Shown piece after piece: positions 42,312 through 53,637 of a stretch of DNA of 64,000 nucleotides (position 1 is the stretch's first letter; each line of letters starts with the position of its first letter). This stretch comes from Nitrosopumilaceae archaeon (GTDB lineage: Archaea > Thermoproteota > Nitrososphaeria > Nitrososphaerales > Nitrosopumilaceae). The stretch spans positions 1,472,001 to 1,536,000 of the forward strand of contig OZ242365.1 of assembly GCA_965208905.1 (NCBI GenBank), read 5' to 3'. Under the pieces are notes generated by a model. That model did not search any database. It saw nothing but the letters and a program-made list of their open reading frames with translations, and was not told the DNA's origin. Made by a program: the position numbers and the translations under genes.

Positions 42312-44732
42312 TTATGTTGCAGAGGACACGGCGCCTTCTACCGTTATGCTGGATGTGCCCTGAACTCCTTCCCGCACGTTCAGCACGTAGGGCAATGCCT
42401 CTTTCACATCCTCTATGTGGGTTATGACCAGAATTTGCCTGAATTGATCAGACAATGTTTGGAGAGCGTCAAGTATGTTTCTCTTTCTTTCCTCATCTTG
42501 GCTGCCAAAGATCTCATCTAATGCGATGAAGTTGGCCTACACCCATCCGGATCTCTCTGATAGTTCTTGCGATATTGCAATGCGCAGGCAAAGGTTGGCA
42601 AGATCTTCCTCACCGCCCGAGAACCGGTCCGTCGTAAAGATCTCCCCGTCGTCCTCGACTAGTATGTTGTAGTCATCATCCATCTCTATTGTGGCATACT
42701 TACCCCGCGTAATCGCATCAAGCAGTTCTGATGCCCTCTGTGAGAGCATGGGCCGTATTCTGGATATAAGATCCAACCTAAAGTTACCCATTACCTGTTC
42801 CAGTTTGCTCCTTGACTCCATCTTTTCCTTTTCTGCGTCTATCTTTGTCCGCTTTTTTGTTTCCTCGCTGATGTCCTCTGCAATCCGCGCCAATTGCCGC
42901 TCTACGTCTTGGGCCTTGCTTTTCAACTGAGCGCTCTTTACTCTGGCATTGACGAGTTTGGTAGTGATCTTCTCTGATGCTCGCTTAGCTTTCCGGTGAT
43001 CTGCACTATCGTACCCGATCATACTGAGGCTTTTTTCTTCAGTCTCTTGTTTCCTTTTTAGTACTGAGATCTCTTTTATGCATTTCGTGTGCCGTCTCTT
43101 CAGGACGGGTATCCGCTTTACATTCTCGGAGAGGCCTATAGACTTGTCCTTGACCCGTTGAAGTTTGTTATGCTTAGTAGTTACAGCTCGGTGGAGGGCA
43201 CGGTCATATACCAAACTTAAGTGACTATCAAGCCTCATTGCCAGCTTCGACTCTTCCTTTTTTAAAGATTCAAGACGCTTTTTGTCACTATCTAATTTAT
43301 CTAAAAGGTACGTCTTTTTGTGCACTAAAGCTACTGTTCGCTTGATTCTCTCGGAGATTCTCACCTCGGCATCTCTGGCCGACTGCAAGCGTGACTCAAG
43401 TCTCTCTTTTTTGTCTTGATCAGCACTCATCTTTTTTTCCAGTTTGGAGATGTTATCGGCAAACTGCTTGGAGACAAGTGGGAGGTAGTCTTGCAATGGC
43501 CGTCTGCATGTGGGACAGGTGCCGTCCTGACCCTGCTTTTTCATTCTAGCAAGATTCGTACTATACTCGCGCTTTTGTCTCTTGGCTTCCTTGATTTTCG
43601 CTGATACGTCGCTGACCTGCACGGTGAGAGCCGCTATGCAGGCCTTCTTATTTTGCAGATCAGCGTCTTGTCTTGTTATTTTTGCCTTAAGGTCCTGCAT
43701 GTCAGAGAGATTATTTTCGATGCGTTCGTTTGACCGGGTAACCTTTCTCATCTTCGAGGCTAGTGAGACACGCTGTCTCTCCAGTTCCTTTTTTTCCTTA
43801 AATTTGCCATGGGCCATGTCAAGATCTTCTTTTTGGTGTTTTATGGTTTCGTATTCAGCCAATTGTGGCTGTATATCCAGTAGCTGTCCCTTTGAGACCT
43901 GAGCGTTCCTTTGGTCAGCCTCGATGGTCTTCTTTTCTTTCTCCCTAGACTTTACCTTCTCTACGATACCTGTAAGTTTATTGTTGATTGTATTGTGCTT
44001 TCGATACATCTCCTCATGAACAGAAAAGTCGGTTTTTGCCTTCTTTGCAACTACTGTCACATCCCTGATTATTCCATTGTGTCTGTTGATCTGCACATCC
44101 GTTTGCTTCTTCTCTCTTGTCACCTGCCTTTGCTTTGCTATTAGTTCGTTCATGTCCTTCAGGTTGTCTTTGAGAATCTGAATCATGTTTGCGCTCTCCC
44201 GAATGTCTTTTCTTATTTCGGACAAGGCCTCGTCTATCCTGTTTATCCTGAGCAGTCTCATTATAGTCTTCTTTCTGTCTCCCGGTTGTAGTTCCGAAAA
44301 TGCGTTGAGTTCCTTTTGTTGTGCAAACACCGAAGCAAAAAATGCAACACGATCCATTCCGGTCCTCTTTGCAATATAGTCTGAAACCTCTCTTGATCCG
44401 TGTATGTGAGTAACCGTGTCTCCATTAAGGAAGACGCTGGCACGCATCAACATGCTCTTACCCTTCAACTCCCGGACTACCCTGACTGCATCAGAATCTA
44501 GCACAAATTCGAGCGTGACACTACAGTCCTCACCAGCCACCCCGGTCGTCTTTATCTCCTCGCCTTTCGTCCTAGCCGCAGTGTTTCCGTACAGGCACCA
44601 GCCTATGGCCTCAATCAAAGTGGATTTGCCGGAGCCGTTCTTACCCACTATTCCTATGATGCCCGAGGGAAAATCAATGCTTTGGCTTCTGTACTTGCGA
44701 TAGTTCTTAAGGTGTATACTCCTTAGCCGCAT
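42312..44732 (-). pseudogene. SbcC/Rad50-like SMC ATPase interrupted by one in-frame TAG (42537-42539)
   Basis: GKNGSGKST, CPTC zinc hook, FSGGE; after the TAG the same frame reads FIALDEIFGSQD...LVITH to a TAA at 42312. Confidence 0.85.
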
Positions 44733-44737
44733 TACGC

Positions 44738-45847
44738 CTACCTCTCTTCAACATCAGTGAGGTACTCTTGGCCCAAGGACAGGACTTTTACCATCATGCC
44801 GGGTTCAAGATCCTGATTTCTGACATAGTTCTCAAACTCATCGCCTATGGAACCGATCTGGGACGATGAGATGCTACCATCTTCGAGAGAATGGTTGTAG
44901 CCGAATTCATAGTGTAGTGCGCCAGATACAATCTGTCGGATTCTTTTGTTATCCAGAGCAGAGCGGACGTGACGCGGAATGTTGTCAAAAACCACTCGGA
45001 TGATCTTACCGTTTACCTTACCTGACACCATCTTTTCGAGCTCGTTTACTATCTTGGTCGCGCTGAGATCCTTACAGTCTATCGGCTCAAAAGAGACCAT
45101 GTCTCTTACATTGGTGCGTATATGCTTGACGGAAAGAGGATCCAGGCTAACATCCAAGAAGCCACTTATGTATCCGACCTCCTTGAATCTGAGCCTCTCA
45201 GGAGAGCCACAGTAGTAGGCGTTGTCCTTGATTTTCAAGAATTTGTGGTAGTGACCCAATGCAATATAGTCAAAGCCACTTTTTAGTGACGACACAGGAA
45301 GGATCTGGTCCTTGAACTCTCCCCATGATGCTTCCTGAACGCCTCTTATGGCAGCGTGAGCAACCATGATATTGAATTTGGATGTCTTGTCCGGACGCAA
45401 CCTCTTGATGCTCTTCTGCAAATCCTCATCAGAGTATGTATGCGGGATTGTGTGTATCGCGCAGTCGCAGATCCTTAATCGTTCGTATTTTCCACCAAAT
45501 ACCGGATAGATGTGCGGGAAGTATTGCAGGATCTTAAATACACTCTCAGTTGACCGTAGCCGTGGTGTGGAATGGTTTCCAGCAATGATCACGATCGGAA
45601 TCTGTTCCTTAGATAGTCTGAGTAGCTGTTCCAAGGCAACGCTGATCGCCCTGTTTGAAGGGCGCACGCTGTCGAATATGTCTCCAGCATGTATTGCCAG
45701 ATCAGGTTTTGTTCTGATGATATAGTCCACTATCTCTTTGAAGACACGATAGATATCCTCTTCTCGTTTGTTTATTCCAGATTCAAAAGTGATTTTTCCA
45801 TAGTCCGCATGTCCCAGATGGGTATCTGAAAAATGCACTAGTCTCAT
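44738..45847 (-). CDS. SbcD/Mre11-like metallophosphoesterase nuclease
   Basis: HFSDTHLG, HAGDIFD, IAGNHS, YIALGHYH, YCGSPE. Confidence 0.92.
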   Translation of the reverse strand: MRLVHFSDTHLGHADYGKITFESGINKREEDIYRVFKEIVDYIIRTKPDLAIHAGDIFDSVRPSNRAISVALEQLLRLSKEQIPIVIIAGNHSTPRLRSTESVFKILQYFPHIYPVFGGKYERLRICDCAIHTIPHTYSDEDLQKSIKRLRPDKTSKFNIMVAHAAIRGVQEASWGEFKDQILPVSSLKSGFDYIALGHYHKFLKIKDNAYYCGSPERLRFKEVGYISGFLDVSLDPLSVKHIRTNVRDMVSFEPIDCKDLSATKIVNELEKMVSGKVNGKIIRVVFDNIPRHVRSALDNKRIRQIVSGALHYEFGYNHSLEDGSISSSQIGSIGDEFENYVRNQDLEPGMMVKVLSLGQEYLTDVEER

Positions 45848-46066
45848 ACTCTTTGTGGCAAAATAGTCATGTATATGAGTATTGGTACGAGGGGCTAAAC
45901 CACATATACTTCTACTATCCCATCTGTATTCAAATTTGTAACTACATTCTAATTCAAAACCGCTATCGTATGGTTAAATAGTTTTTTGGTGTAAGTCTTT
46001 TCAGATAACCACAAATGAAGAAACTTACACACTATCATAACTGGACAAAAACAGAATATAATCATC

Positions 46067-47260
46067 ATGAACCGACGAGGCGGAGATATAGCGCATGACA
46101 CGTCAAGAGCGCTTGTCGTACGTGAGTTTAAGAACAATCTGACCGTACGAGCCAATATCATGAAACATTTGGAGGATGCAATCTCACCATTGGTTGACAT
46201 TCCTACCAAGCACAGCTCATTATACAATATGCAGGATTTCAATCGTGGAATGATGCGGGCAGTTTGTGCTGACTCTTCCGTAGGAGGGTGCGCATTTGGC
46301 GTGTCGGCAGGCAATTATGCAAGAATTTCCCCTAGCGATGAATGGGTCTGGAGACTGTTGGCTACGATGTATACAGATAATGTTCAAAAGATGTTTAAAG
46401 AATCAGTAGCAAAATAGCTTCTCAAACTAAAGCATCTGAATTTGCTGCCCAAAGACGGCATAGTTGTTGTAATAGATATGCACCTCATATCCGGATACGA
46501 CTGTACACGGGGAGATGAGTTGACAATATACAGGTACAAGAACGGGACCAAATATTTTGAGTGGTACATAACAATACAATGTGCCAACGACAGTATTCGT
46601 CTCAATCTAGTATGCCTGCCGGTCCCGGCTCTAACATCAGTTCCAGATATGGTGCATATTATCATACAAGAGTGCCTAAACTATGGCATAATGATCAAAC
46701 TATGTTTGTTTGATCGTGAGTTCTTTTCGGCTGAGAATATATCAAATCTGAATAAATTGAACATACCTTAGCTAATGCCCTGCCGTAACACTCATGGTGT
46801 GGTAGAGAAACTACATTATTTTGCAACTAACCCCTTTGAGGATGTATTGTACAATACTCTGACAGGATACAATGCAACTGCCTCATATAGTATAGCGATA
46901 GCCAAACGGAAAAAATGCAATTCTAAAAAGGATGAAAAATTACCTGAAAATATGTACATTGGTTTTGCTACTAATCTACCGTGGATTGACGTTATTGTAT
47001 ATGCCGTTAGGTGGGGAATCGAGTCTAGATACGCAATGATAGAGTCTATGAGGGCAAAGACGGGGAGTCGTGAGCCTGGGGCACGCCTGTTTTGTTTTCT
47101 ATACACACTAATGATGTTCAACGTCTGGATGCTGGTAAAGGTTGTACTAACAGCCTTGGTAGTATCCATGTCACGCCGCAGGAGAACAATTACACAACGG
47201 GCATTCAAGGAGGTGCTCAGGTCCATAATAGACAGAACTGGTTCAGGGCCTCCCAACTGA
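46067..47260 (+). mobile_element. ISH3-family (IS4-like) transposase pseudogene with two in-frame TAG stops
   Basis: VIDMH, KNGTKYF, LFDREFFS, YAVRWGIESRY motifs across three collinear ORFs in one frame. Confidence 0.8.
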
Positions 47261-47479
47261 TGCTATAGCCATGTACATGATACCCGCAGCTGCGTATAAT
47301 AGACAGGACGGGCTCAGGACCTCCTTCCCAGCCTATGCAGTTGAGGATGTGCATCCGGGGAGTCTGCGCATGGGTTGGAGTATCAAGTGCTGACAAGTGT
47401 ATACTAAAACGTCAGATGTGTAGGCAGATACAATAAACTGGCGTACTCCCGTTAAACCAATTTAACGAATCTGCCTTTA

Positions 47480-47868
47480 ATTTGCAGATCACTTATGGGT
47501 GAGCTGCCTTTGTCTTCATATTTTTACTCCTTCTAAAGTTTTTTTGAAATATCATTGGCAACGGTGATCTCGCCGATTATTCGTTTGAGGTTCTCTATCT
47601 CTTTGGTCTAGTTTTTTGTTGCGTCTCCACGGCTTGCAGGTGCCTGCTTGCCACCTTGTAGGAACTTGTCCTTCCAGTCCTGAAATGTAACAGGAGATAC
47701 ATTGTGTTTGCGACACAACTCGGCAGCAGATATGTGGGTGTTAAAAAAACTCCATTACTATGCTGACCTTTTCTTGTGGGCTACCGCCTCTTGCTCATGT
47801 TCTCGCTACTACCTCCTGCACCCATAAGCATTCGGTTTTGTTCGGGTTCACTCTAGCGGGCCCCACCA
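47480..47868 (-). mobile_element. IS3-family remnant (left end plus decayed orfA)
   Basis: End TGGTGGGGCCCGCTAGAG resembles the IR at 54238; AELCRKHNVSP.TFQDWK...LKRIIGEITVAND. Confidence 0.8.
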
Positions 47869-48000
47869 AACTGTGCGCATACGCCCCCATGTCAGCATAA
47901 TAATATACTAGCTGGTATACGATCAATTACCTTCTGATATTGTGTGTTTAATATCGCTCTGATTAGACTTTAATATACTATACATGGTGTATAGTATGAT

Positions 48001-48228
48001 ATGTCGGATGTCACACTAGACGCCACAGGACTCTTCTGTCCAGAGCCGGTATTTCGCACAAAGATCGCAATAGAAAAGATGCAGGCAGGTCAGACCATTC
48101 AGGTGTCTGCAGACGACCCCGCTGCTGAAGAGGACATATCCCGTTGGGCCAACCGCAGTGGTCACCAGCTACTGAACATAGAACGGGACGGGGAAAGACT
48201 AACCTTTGTGATAAAAAAGGTGAAGTAA
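48001..48228 (+). CDS. TusA/SirA-family sulfur carrier
   Basis: LDATGLFCPEP, ADDPAAEEDI. Confidence 0.9.
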   Translation: MSDVTLDATGLFCPEPVFRTKIAIEKMQAGQTIQVSADDPAAEEDISRWANRSGHQLLNIERDGERLTFVIKKVK

Positions 48229-49221
48229 GTGGCTAGTGTTGTATATAAGCAAGATACAATATCCCGTGTAGGGAACACGCCACTTGTACAATTAGAGTCA
48301 CTACAAAACAGTACAACCTCATATTGGGCCAAGCTGGAAGGACACAATCCATTTGGTTCTGTAAAGGACAGGGCAGCACTATACATGATACGAGATGCAG
48401 AAGAAAGAGGCATACTAAAGAAGAACAAAAGTGTCATAATAGAGCCCACATCTGGAAATACGGGGATAGCCCTTGTGGGAATAGCCCGAATTCTAGGGTA
48501 TAAGGTCGAGATAGTGATACCTGAAAAGGCCAGCGAAGAGACCAAACAGATACTACGTAACTTGGGTGCCAAGATGTATGAGACTTCTGATGATCTCTGC
48601 CCAAAGGTAGGAGTAGGTACTGAGCAGAGTATTGCGCTTGCCACATCCATAGCAGCATCAAGACCAGACACATACTACTCGCCAAACCAATACAGCAATG
48701 ATGCCAACTTTAAGGGCCATTACACTGCTACCGGTCCTGAAATATGGAAGCAGACTCAGGGTAAGATAACACACTTCTTTACGGGTGTGGGTACAGGAGG
48801 TACGATAACTGGTATAGGCACATACCTCAAAGAGAAGAATCCAGACATACGCATAATTGGTTGCCAGCCACAGTTGAACCATCTAATACAGGGGTGGCGC
48901 AACTTTGAAGAGTCCGCAAAGCCGGACCTATTCTTAAGAAGAGAAGGTGTAGTAGATGACTGGGTCGATGTGACCAATGATGAGGCATTTGGTGTCGTAC
49001 AAGAGATATACAAATCCGACAACCTGCTTGTAAGTCCTTCATCGGCCGCCGTATACGCCTGTATGAAAAAGTATGACGTATCATCAGGTGTAGTGGTGGG
49101 CATATTTGCCGATGATGGGCGCAAGTTCGGCAGCATATACAAAGAGAGAGATATATTCACAGAGAAGCAGTTCCAGCAGGCAGTACTAGACTCATCACAT
49201 ATGTCAAAGCTGGCATACTAG
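48229..49221 (+). CDS. Cysteine synthase family PLP enzyme (CysM/CysK-like)
   Basis: VGNTPLV, KLEGHNPFGSVKDR, EPTSGNTG, NQY, GVGTGGT; abuts the TusA gene. Confidence 0.92.
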   Translation: MASVVYKQDTISRVGNTPLVQLESLQNSTTSYWAKLEGHNPFGSVKDRAALYMIRDAEERGILKKNKSVIIEPTSGNTGIALVGIARILGYKVEIVIPEKASEETKQILRNLGAKMYETSDDLCPKVGVGTEQSIALATSIAASRPDTYYSPNQYSNDANFKGHYTATGPEIWKQTQGKITHFFTGVGTGGTITGIGTYLKEKNPDIRIIGCQPQLNHLIQGWRNFEESAKPDLFLRREGVVDDWVDVTNDEAFGVVQEIYKSDNLLVSPSSAAVYACMKKYDVSSGVVVGIFADDGRKFGSIYKERDIFTEKQFQQAVLDSSHMSKLAY

Positions 49222-50135
49222 TTTAGATACTTGTCCACATCAATGGCTGCCTGACAGCCAAAACCTGCAGCAGTAACTGCTTGACGGTACTGCCTATCAT
49301 GCACATCGCCAGCAGCAAAGACACCCTCCACGCTGGTGCGTGTGCCATTCATCACAATGTACCCCTCATCGTCCAGCTCCAACACGTCCTTAAACAGTGA
49401 TGTGTTGGGGTTGTGTCCTATTGCCACAAATACAGCTCCGGCACTCAAACGAGTCTCTTGGCCCGATGTAATATTCTGTATTGTTACAGACTCTACTTTA
49501 TTCTCGCCGGATATGTCAACTAGTTTTGAGTTCCAGTGGAACTGTATCTTTTCATTGGCAAAGGCGCGGCTCTGCATCGCCTGACTAGCGCGCAGTTTAT
49601 CGCGTCTGTGTATCACATGTATCCGTCGTCCAAACTTTGTAAGGAATAGAGCCTCCTCCATGGCAGTATCACCTCCGCCAACTACAAAGATGTCCTGGCC
49701 TCTAAAGAATGGTCCATCACATGTAGCACAATATGAGACCCCATGGCCGCCCAGTGTACTCTCACCTTTCAGACCCAGCTTGCGGGGATCTGCACCCGTG
49801 GCTATGATTATTGCTCTGCCCTCAAACCACTCATCTGTCCCTTTGACGCGCAGGGGACCACCAAAGTCCACCTGCTGAACAGCATCATCGATTATTCTAG
49901 TTCCCATCTTGGCGGTCTGTGCTCTCATATTTATCATCAGGTCAGGGCCCATTATACCATCTTGAAAGCCTGGATAGTTCTCCACATCTGTTGTGTTGAC
50001 CAGCTGCCCACCCGGCAGAATTCCAGACAGTAGTAGTGTGTTGTGGCCGGCTCTAGAGCAGTATATGCCGGCAGTATATCCGGCAGGTCCCGCTCCCACA
50101 ATTATGACATCATATCGTTCTGCCATACTGTGCAA
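49218..50135 (-). CDS. trxB: Thioredoxin-disulfide reductase
   Basis: GAGPAG, GGQL, CATCDG, GGGDTA, GVFAAGDV. Confidence 0.95.
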   Translation of the reverse strand: MHSMAERYDVIIVGAGPAGYTAGIYCSRAGHNTLLLSGILPGGQLVNTTDVENYPGFQDGIMGPDLMINMRAQTAKMGTRIIDDAVQQVDFGGPLRVKGTDEWFEGRAIIIATGADPRKLGLKGESTLGGHGVSYCATCDGPFFRGQDIFVVGGGDTAMEEALFLTKFGRRIHVIHRRDKLRASQAMQSRAFANEKIQFHWNSKLVDISGENKVESVTIQNITSGQETRLSAGAVFVAIGHNPNTSLFKDVLELDDEGYIVMNGTRTSVEGVFAAGDVHDRQYRQAVTAAGFGCQAAIDVDKYLN

Positions 50136-50435
50136 CAGTATTTTTTGGTAAATTAAAGGTAGTGAAATTTTGAATCATGTCAATTAATTATACTTGAAGA
50201 ACAATAGTGGAAAATATAGAAGAAACAGAGCACACTCGCTGCAATATACTATCAGGTATAATCACAAGGGGAATCGCGTATTATGATTTGTAATGTCATG
50301 ACTTGGAGCGTTAACAGCATAGCTTTATTGTATCTGATGTACACAGGATATGCTTTGCTGTCATACACATATGGTCAACTCAAATGTACGATTAATTTCA
50401 GATAGTTACATCATACTTGAAGTTAAATCATACAT

Positions 50436-51170
50436 CTACATCTGCCTGAAGAGATCATTATTATGTCGTATCAAATCCTGAACACTGCCATCACCTATCA
50501 TATCATCAACACCCCGCAGTATGGCCATAGGGATATAGTCTGTCTTTCCCATTACCAGCTCAGCAGCGCCCGCCAGTTGGTCAGCAACAGCAGTCACACT
50601 GACGCGCAGCACCCTCCCATACACATCATGATTCCCGGTGTGATCCAATAGAGGGGCAACTCCCGAGCATCCCACACATACATCAGTCTGGCCAACTCTA
50701 AAGGGCCTCCCCAAAGTATCAGATATTATGACGCCCACATCCATCTGCATGTGATGTCTTATCTTATCGCGTATGTGTTGCGCACTGGTATCACTACTCT
50801 TTGGCAGCAATAAAGCATGATCTGGGGGTACATTACTTGTATCCACGCCCGAGTTGGCACATATATGGCCATCATATCTTTGTGTAATTATTATACCATT
50901 GTCCATGCGAACTATAAACCGGGCCTCCTGCAGTACAAGCTGTATAACTCGGGCATCCTTGCCGTATTCGCCAGCGATGCCCCGGGCCAGCTCCGATGGA
51001 GACACGTCAGATAGTCGTATCAGTTGTCCCTCGGCCTTGGATACTATCTTTTGCGCAACAACTATGATATCATTTGGTTGTAGTTCTGCATGTTCTATTA
51101 TTATATCAGATATGTCGTCTCTGTGTTTGACATCTTGGCTCACATGTATGGGTATTACTTTTATCATCAT
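50436..51170 (-). CDS. cofE: Coenzyme F420-0:L-glutamate ligase
   Basis: QKIVSKAEG, CANSGVDTSN, IISDTLGRPFR.GQ, DQLAGAAELVMG. Confidence 0.93.
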   Translation of the reverse strand: MMIKVIPIHVSQDVKHRDDISDIIIEHAELQPNDIIVVAQKIVSKAEGQLIRLSDVSPSELARGIAGEYGKDARVIQLVLQEARFIVRMDNGIIITQRYDGHICANSGVDTSNVPPDHALLLPKSSDTSAQHIRDKIRHHMQMDVGVIISDTLGRPFRVGQTDVCVGCSGVAPLLDHTGNHDVYGRVLRVSVTAVADQLAGAAELVMGKTDYIPMAILRGVDDMIGDGSVQDLIRHNNDLFRQM

Positions 51171-51796
51171 GTATGGCCCATGTGGGCATCTATAAGAGGA
51201 ATTATGCGGACAAGATTCTTTTCATCCAAGATTGCAGTTGCCCTATCCTTTACCACATCCTGAGCCCTAAAAGCTATGCTCATGCCAGATATATCAAAGA
51301 GTTTCAAATCGTTGGCACCATCAACCACACATATAATGTCATCCTTCTTCTCTCCCCACTGTTTAATTATGTTTTTAGCGCTCTTTGACTTGTCCGAGTC
51401 CACATTTATGCGGACATCATCTAGTCGGCCATCTGTGAATATCAACTCATTGGACACCACATAATCTAGCTGCAGTTCTCTCTTTAAACGATCCGTCATT
51501 ATGGTAAAGCCTCCAGATACCGCAATTATACGATATCCTCTACTCTTTAGTATACGGCATGCCTTTCGCGCACCGGTCATTATGGGTAGTGAGTCTGCCA
51601 CTTCACGACATGTTGCATAGTCCAAACCCCGCAGGGCACGTATCCTTGTACGGAGGCCATCCTCCCAATTTATGACTCCCTGAATACCCTGCTTTGTTAT
51701 CTCCCATATCTCATTCTCTTTGTTTACCTTTTCGGCCAATATGGGCAGATACTCGGCGTCATACAACACTCCTTCCACATCAAAGATTACTAGCAA
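51167..51796 (-). CDS. serB: Phosphoserine phosphatase (HAD family)
   Basis: IFDVEGVL, VSGGF, K, VDGANDL HAD motifs. Confidence 0.85.
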   Translation of the reverse strand: MLVIFDVEGVLYDAEYLPILAEKVNKENEIWEITKQGIQGVINWEDGLRTRIRALRGLDYATCREVADSLPIMTGARKACRILKSRGYRIIAVSGGFTIMTDRLKRELQLDYVVSNELIFTDGRLDDVRINVDSDKSKSAKNIIKQWGEKKDDIICVVDGANDLKLFDISGMSIAFRAQDVVKDRATAILDEKNLVRIIPLIDAHMGHT

Positions 51797-51865
51797 TCTA
51801 ATTCACATGAAAAAAGCTAAATATATTAAAGTTTGAAATATTACTCGATAATACGAACAGGTGTA

Positions 51866-52153
51866 ATGATGAAAGAACTAGAACACAAATACGAAGTAAA
51901 AGTACAAAAACGAGATAAAGCCATGCGTTTTGATGCGTCAACAAAACAGGCCCTACGGGAGGCGGGCATGTTAAACGAGAAGAACAAGTTCAAGATAAAT
52001 GGTGTAAGCCCAAAGATGCTCAAAGCCATGAAACAAGAGTATGTAGACTGTCCAATCATGGAGCGGGAAGTACAGTTTGTACAGTGCTTTGCATGCCCCA
52101 ACTTTCAGAGCAGATCAAACGGTGTCGTCCTTTGTAGAGGAGACTCGTTATAA
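51866..52153 (+). CDS. Hypothetical Cys-cluster protein
   Basis: VDCP...FVQCFACPNF...VLC; lies directly upstream of proS. Confidence 0.7.
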   Translation: MMKELEHKYEVKVQKRDKAMRFDASTKQALREAGMLNEKNKFKINGVSPKMLKAMKQEYVDCPIMEREVQFVQCFACPNFQSRSNGVVLCRGDSL

Positions 52154-52157
52154 TAAA

Positions 52158-53591
52158 ATGTCAAAAAAAGAGCACATCGGCATAACAGAGTCCAAGAGTG
52201 GCAACTTTAGCGAGTGGTATACGCAGATAGTACTAAAGGCAAGACTAGCAGACTATGCCCCCGTAAAGGGCATGATCGTACTGCGGCCGGACGGCTATGC
52301 CATATGGGAGACGCTCAGAGCTGCATTAGACAAAAAGTTTGCACAAGAAGGTGTCAGTAATGCGTTCCTGCCAGTTCTCATACCAGAGTCTCTACTGGTT
52401 CGTGAAAAGGCACACTTTGAAGGATTCAACCCCGAGGTATATTGGGTCACGCATTCAGGAGATACGCCCATCGGCGACAGATTGGCTCTGCGGCCCACTT
52501 CTGAGACGGTACTGTATCACATGTACTCCAAATGGGTCAAGTCCTGGCGCGATCTGCCACTAAAACTCAACTTTTGGAATACAGCTTTACGCGCAGAGAT
52601 AAAGTCCACCAAGCCATTCCTGAGAACCTCGGAGTTCCTATGGCAGGAGGGGCACACTGTACATGAGAGTCGTCAAGAGGCCGAATCTCAGGTGGAAAAG
52701 ATGCTAGACATCTACAGAGAAGTGACAGAACAGCATCTAGCAATACCAGTACAGTATGGTAAAAAGAGCTCCAAAGAGCAGTTTGTTGGTGGCGAATATA
52801 CGCTTACAATAGAGTCCATAATGCCTGATGGTCGGGCACTACAGATGGGCACCAGTCACATGTTGGGTCAAAACTTTGCCAAACCATTCTCTGTAAAGTA
52901 TGCAGACAGTAACAATATAGAACACTACGCCTGGCAGACATCGTGGGGAGTCTCATGGAGGCTGTTGGGCGCAATGATAATGGTACACGGTGATGATCAT
53001 GGTCTGGTGCTGCCGCCTAAAATGGCGCACATACAGGTAGTAATAGTACCCATACTATTTGCAGATACCGATACTGTAATGAAGGCTGTACAGTCACTTG
53101 CCGAATCATTGTCAGGTATGGGTGTGCGTATACACGTAGATGCCCGAGAGAACGTCTCACCGGGATTCAAGTTCAACGATTGGGAGTTGAGGGGGGTGCC
53201 TCTTCGTGTCGAGATGGGTCCTAGAGATATAAAGGCAGGCACAATGGTCGTGGCACGTCGGGACACTTTATCAAAGGATACGATACAGATTGATGGTGCG
53301 CCAGATATGATACAGCAGATGTTACGCACAATGCAGGATGACATGTTAGAGAAGGCCAAAGAGCAGGCATCAAAACTCACCGGTGAGGCATCCGACTATA
53401 TGGCCCTCAAGGAGGGCATACGAGCAGGGGGGTTCTGGTGGGCCGACTGGTGCGGCAAAGAGTTATGCGAGGATACAATAAAAGAGGAGACTGGAGCCGA
53501 CATACGTCTGTTATCACCCAAGACCGGAGGTACATGTATAGTCTGTCAGAGTGGCAATAGTACCCGGGCATTGTTTGCACGGGGATACTGA
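52158..53591 (+). CDS. proS: Proline--tRNA ligase (archaeal/eukaryotic type)
   Basis: LRPTSET, FLRTSEFLWQEGH, SWGVSWR, HGDD.GLVLPP, C-terminal FARGY. Confidence 0.96.
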   Translation: MSKKEHIGITESKSGNFSEWYTQIVLKARLADYAPVKGMIVLRPDGYAIWETLRAALDKKFAQEGVSNAFLPVLIPESLLVREKAHFEGFNPEVYWVTHSGDTPIGDRLALRPTSETVLYHMYSKWVKSWRDLPLKLNFWNTALRAEIKSTKPFLRTSEFLWQEGHTVHESRQEAESQVEKMLDIYREVTEQHLAIPVQYGKKSSKEQFVGGEYTLTIESIMPDGRALQMGTSHMLGQNFAKPFSVKYADSNNIEHYAWQTSWGVSWRLLGAMIMVHGDDHGLVLPPKMAHIQVVIVPILFADTDTVMKAVQSLAESLSGMGVRIHVDARENVSPGFKFNDWELRGVPLRVEMGPRDIKAGTMVVARRDTLSKDTIQIDGAPDMIQQMLRTMQDDMLEKAKEQASKLTGEASDYMALKEGIRAGGFWWADWCGKELCEDTIKEETGADIRLLSPKTGGTCIVCQSGNSTRALFARGY

Positions 53592-53637
53592 TTATATACA
53601 GCCCATACGGACGTGTAACTTCAAACTTGATTAGAGT

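Noticed and set aside
35360-46775. Many in-frame TAG codons (IS1595, IS66, sbcC, ISH3) suggesting amber recoding or pyrrolysine
   Set aside because: TAG is the normal stop of smc, ino1, gcvT, lipA, trxB, cofE and others here, and several of the same pseudogenes also carry TGA stops or frameshifts; decay explains it
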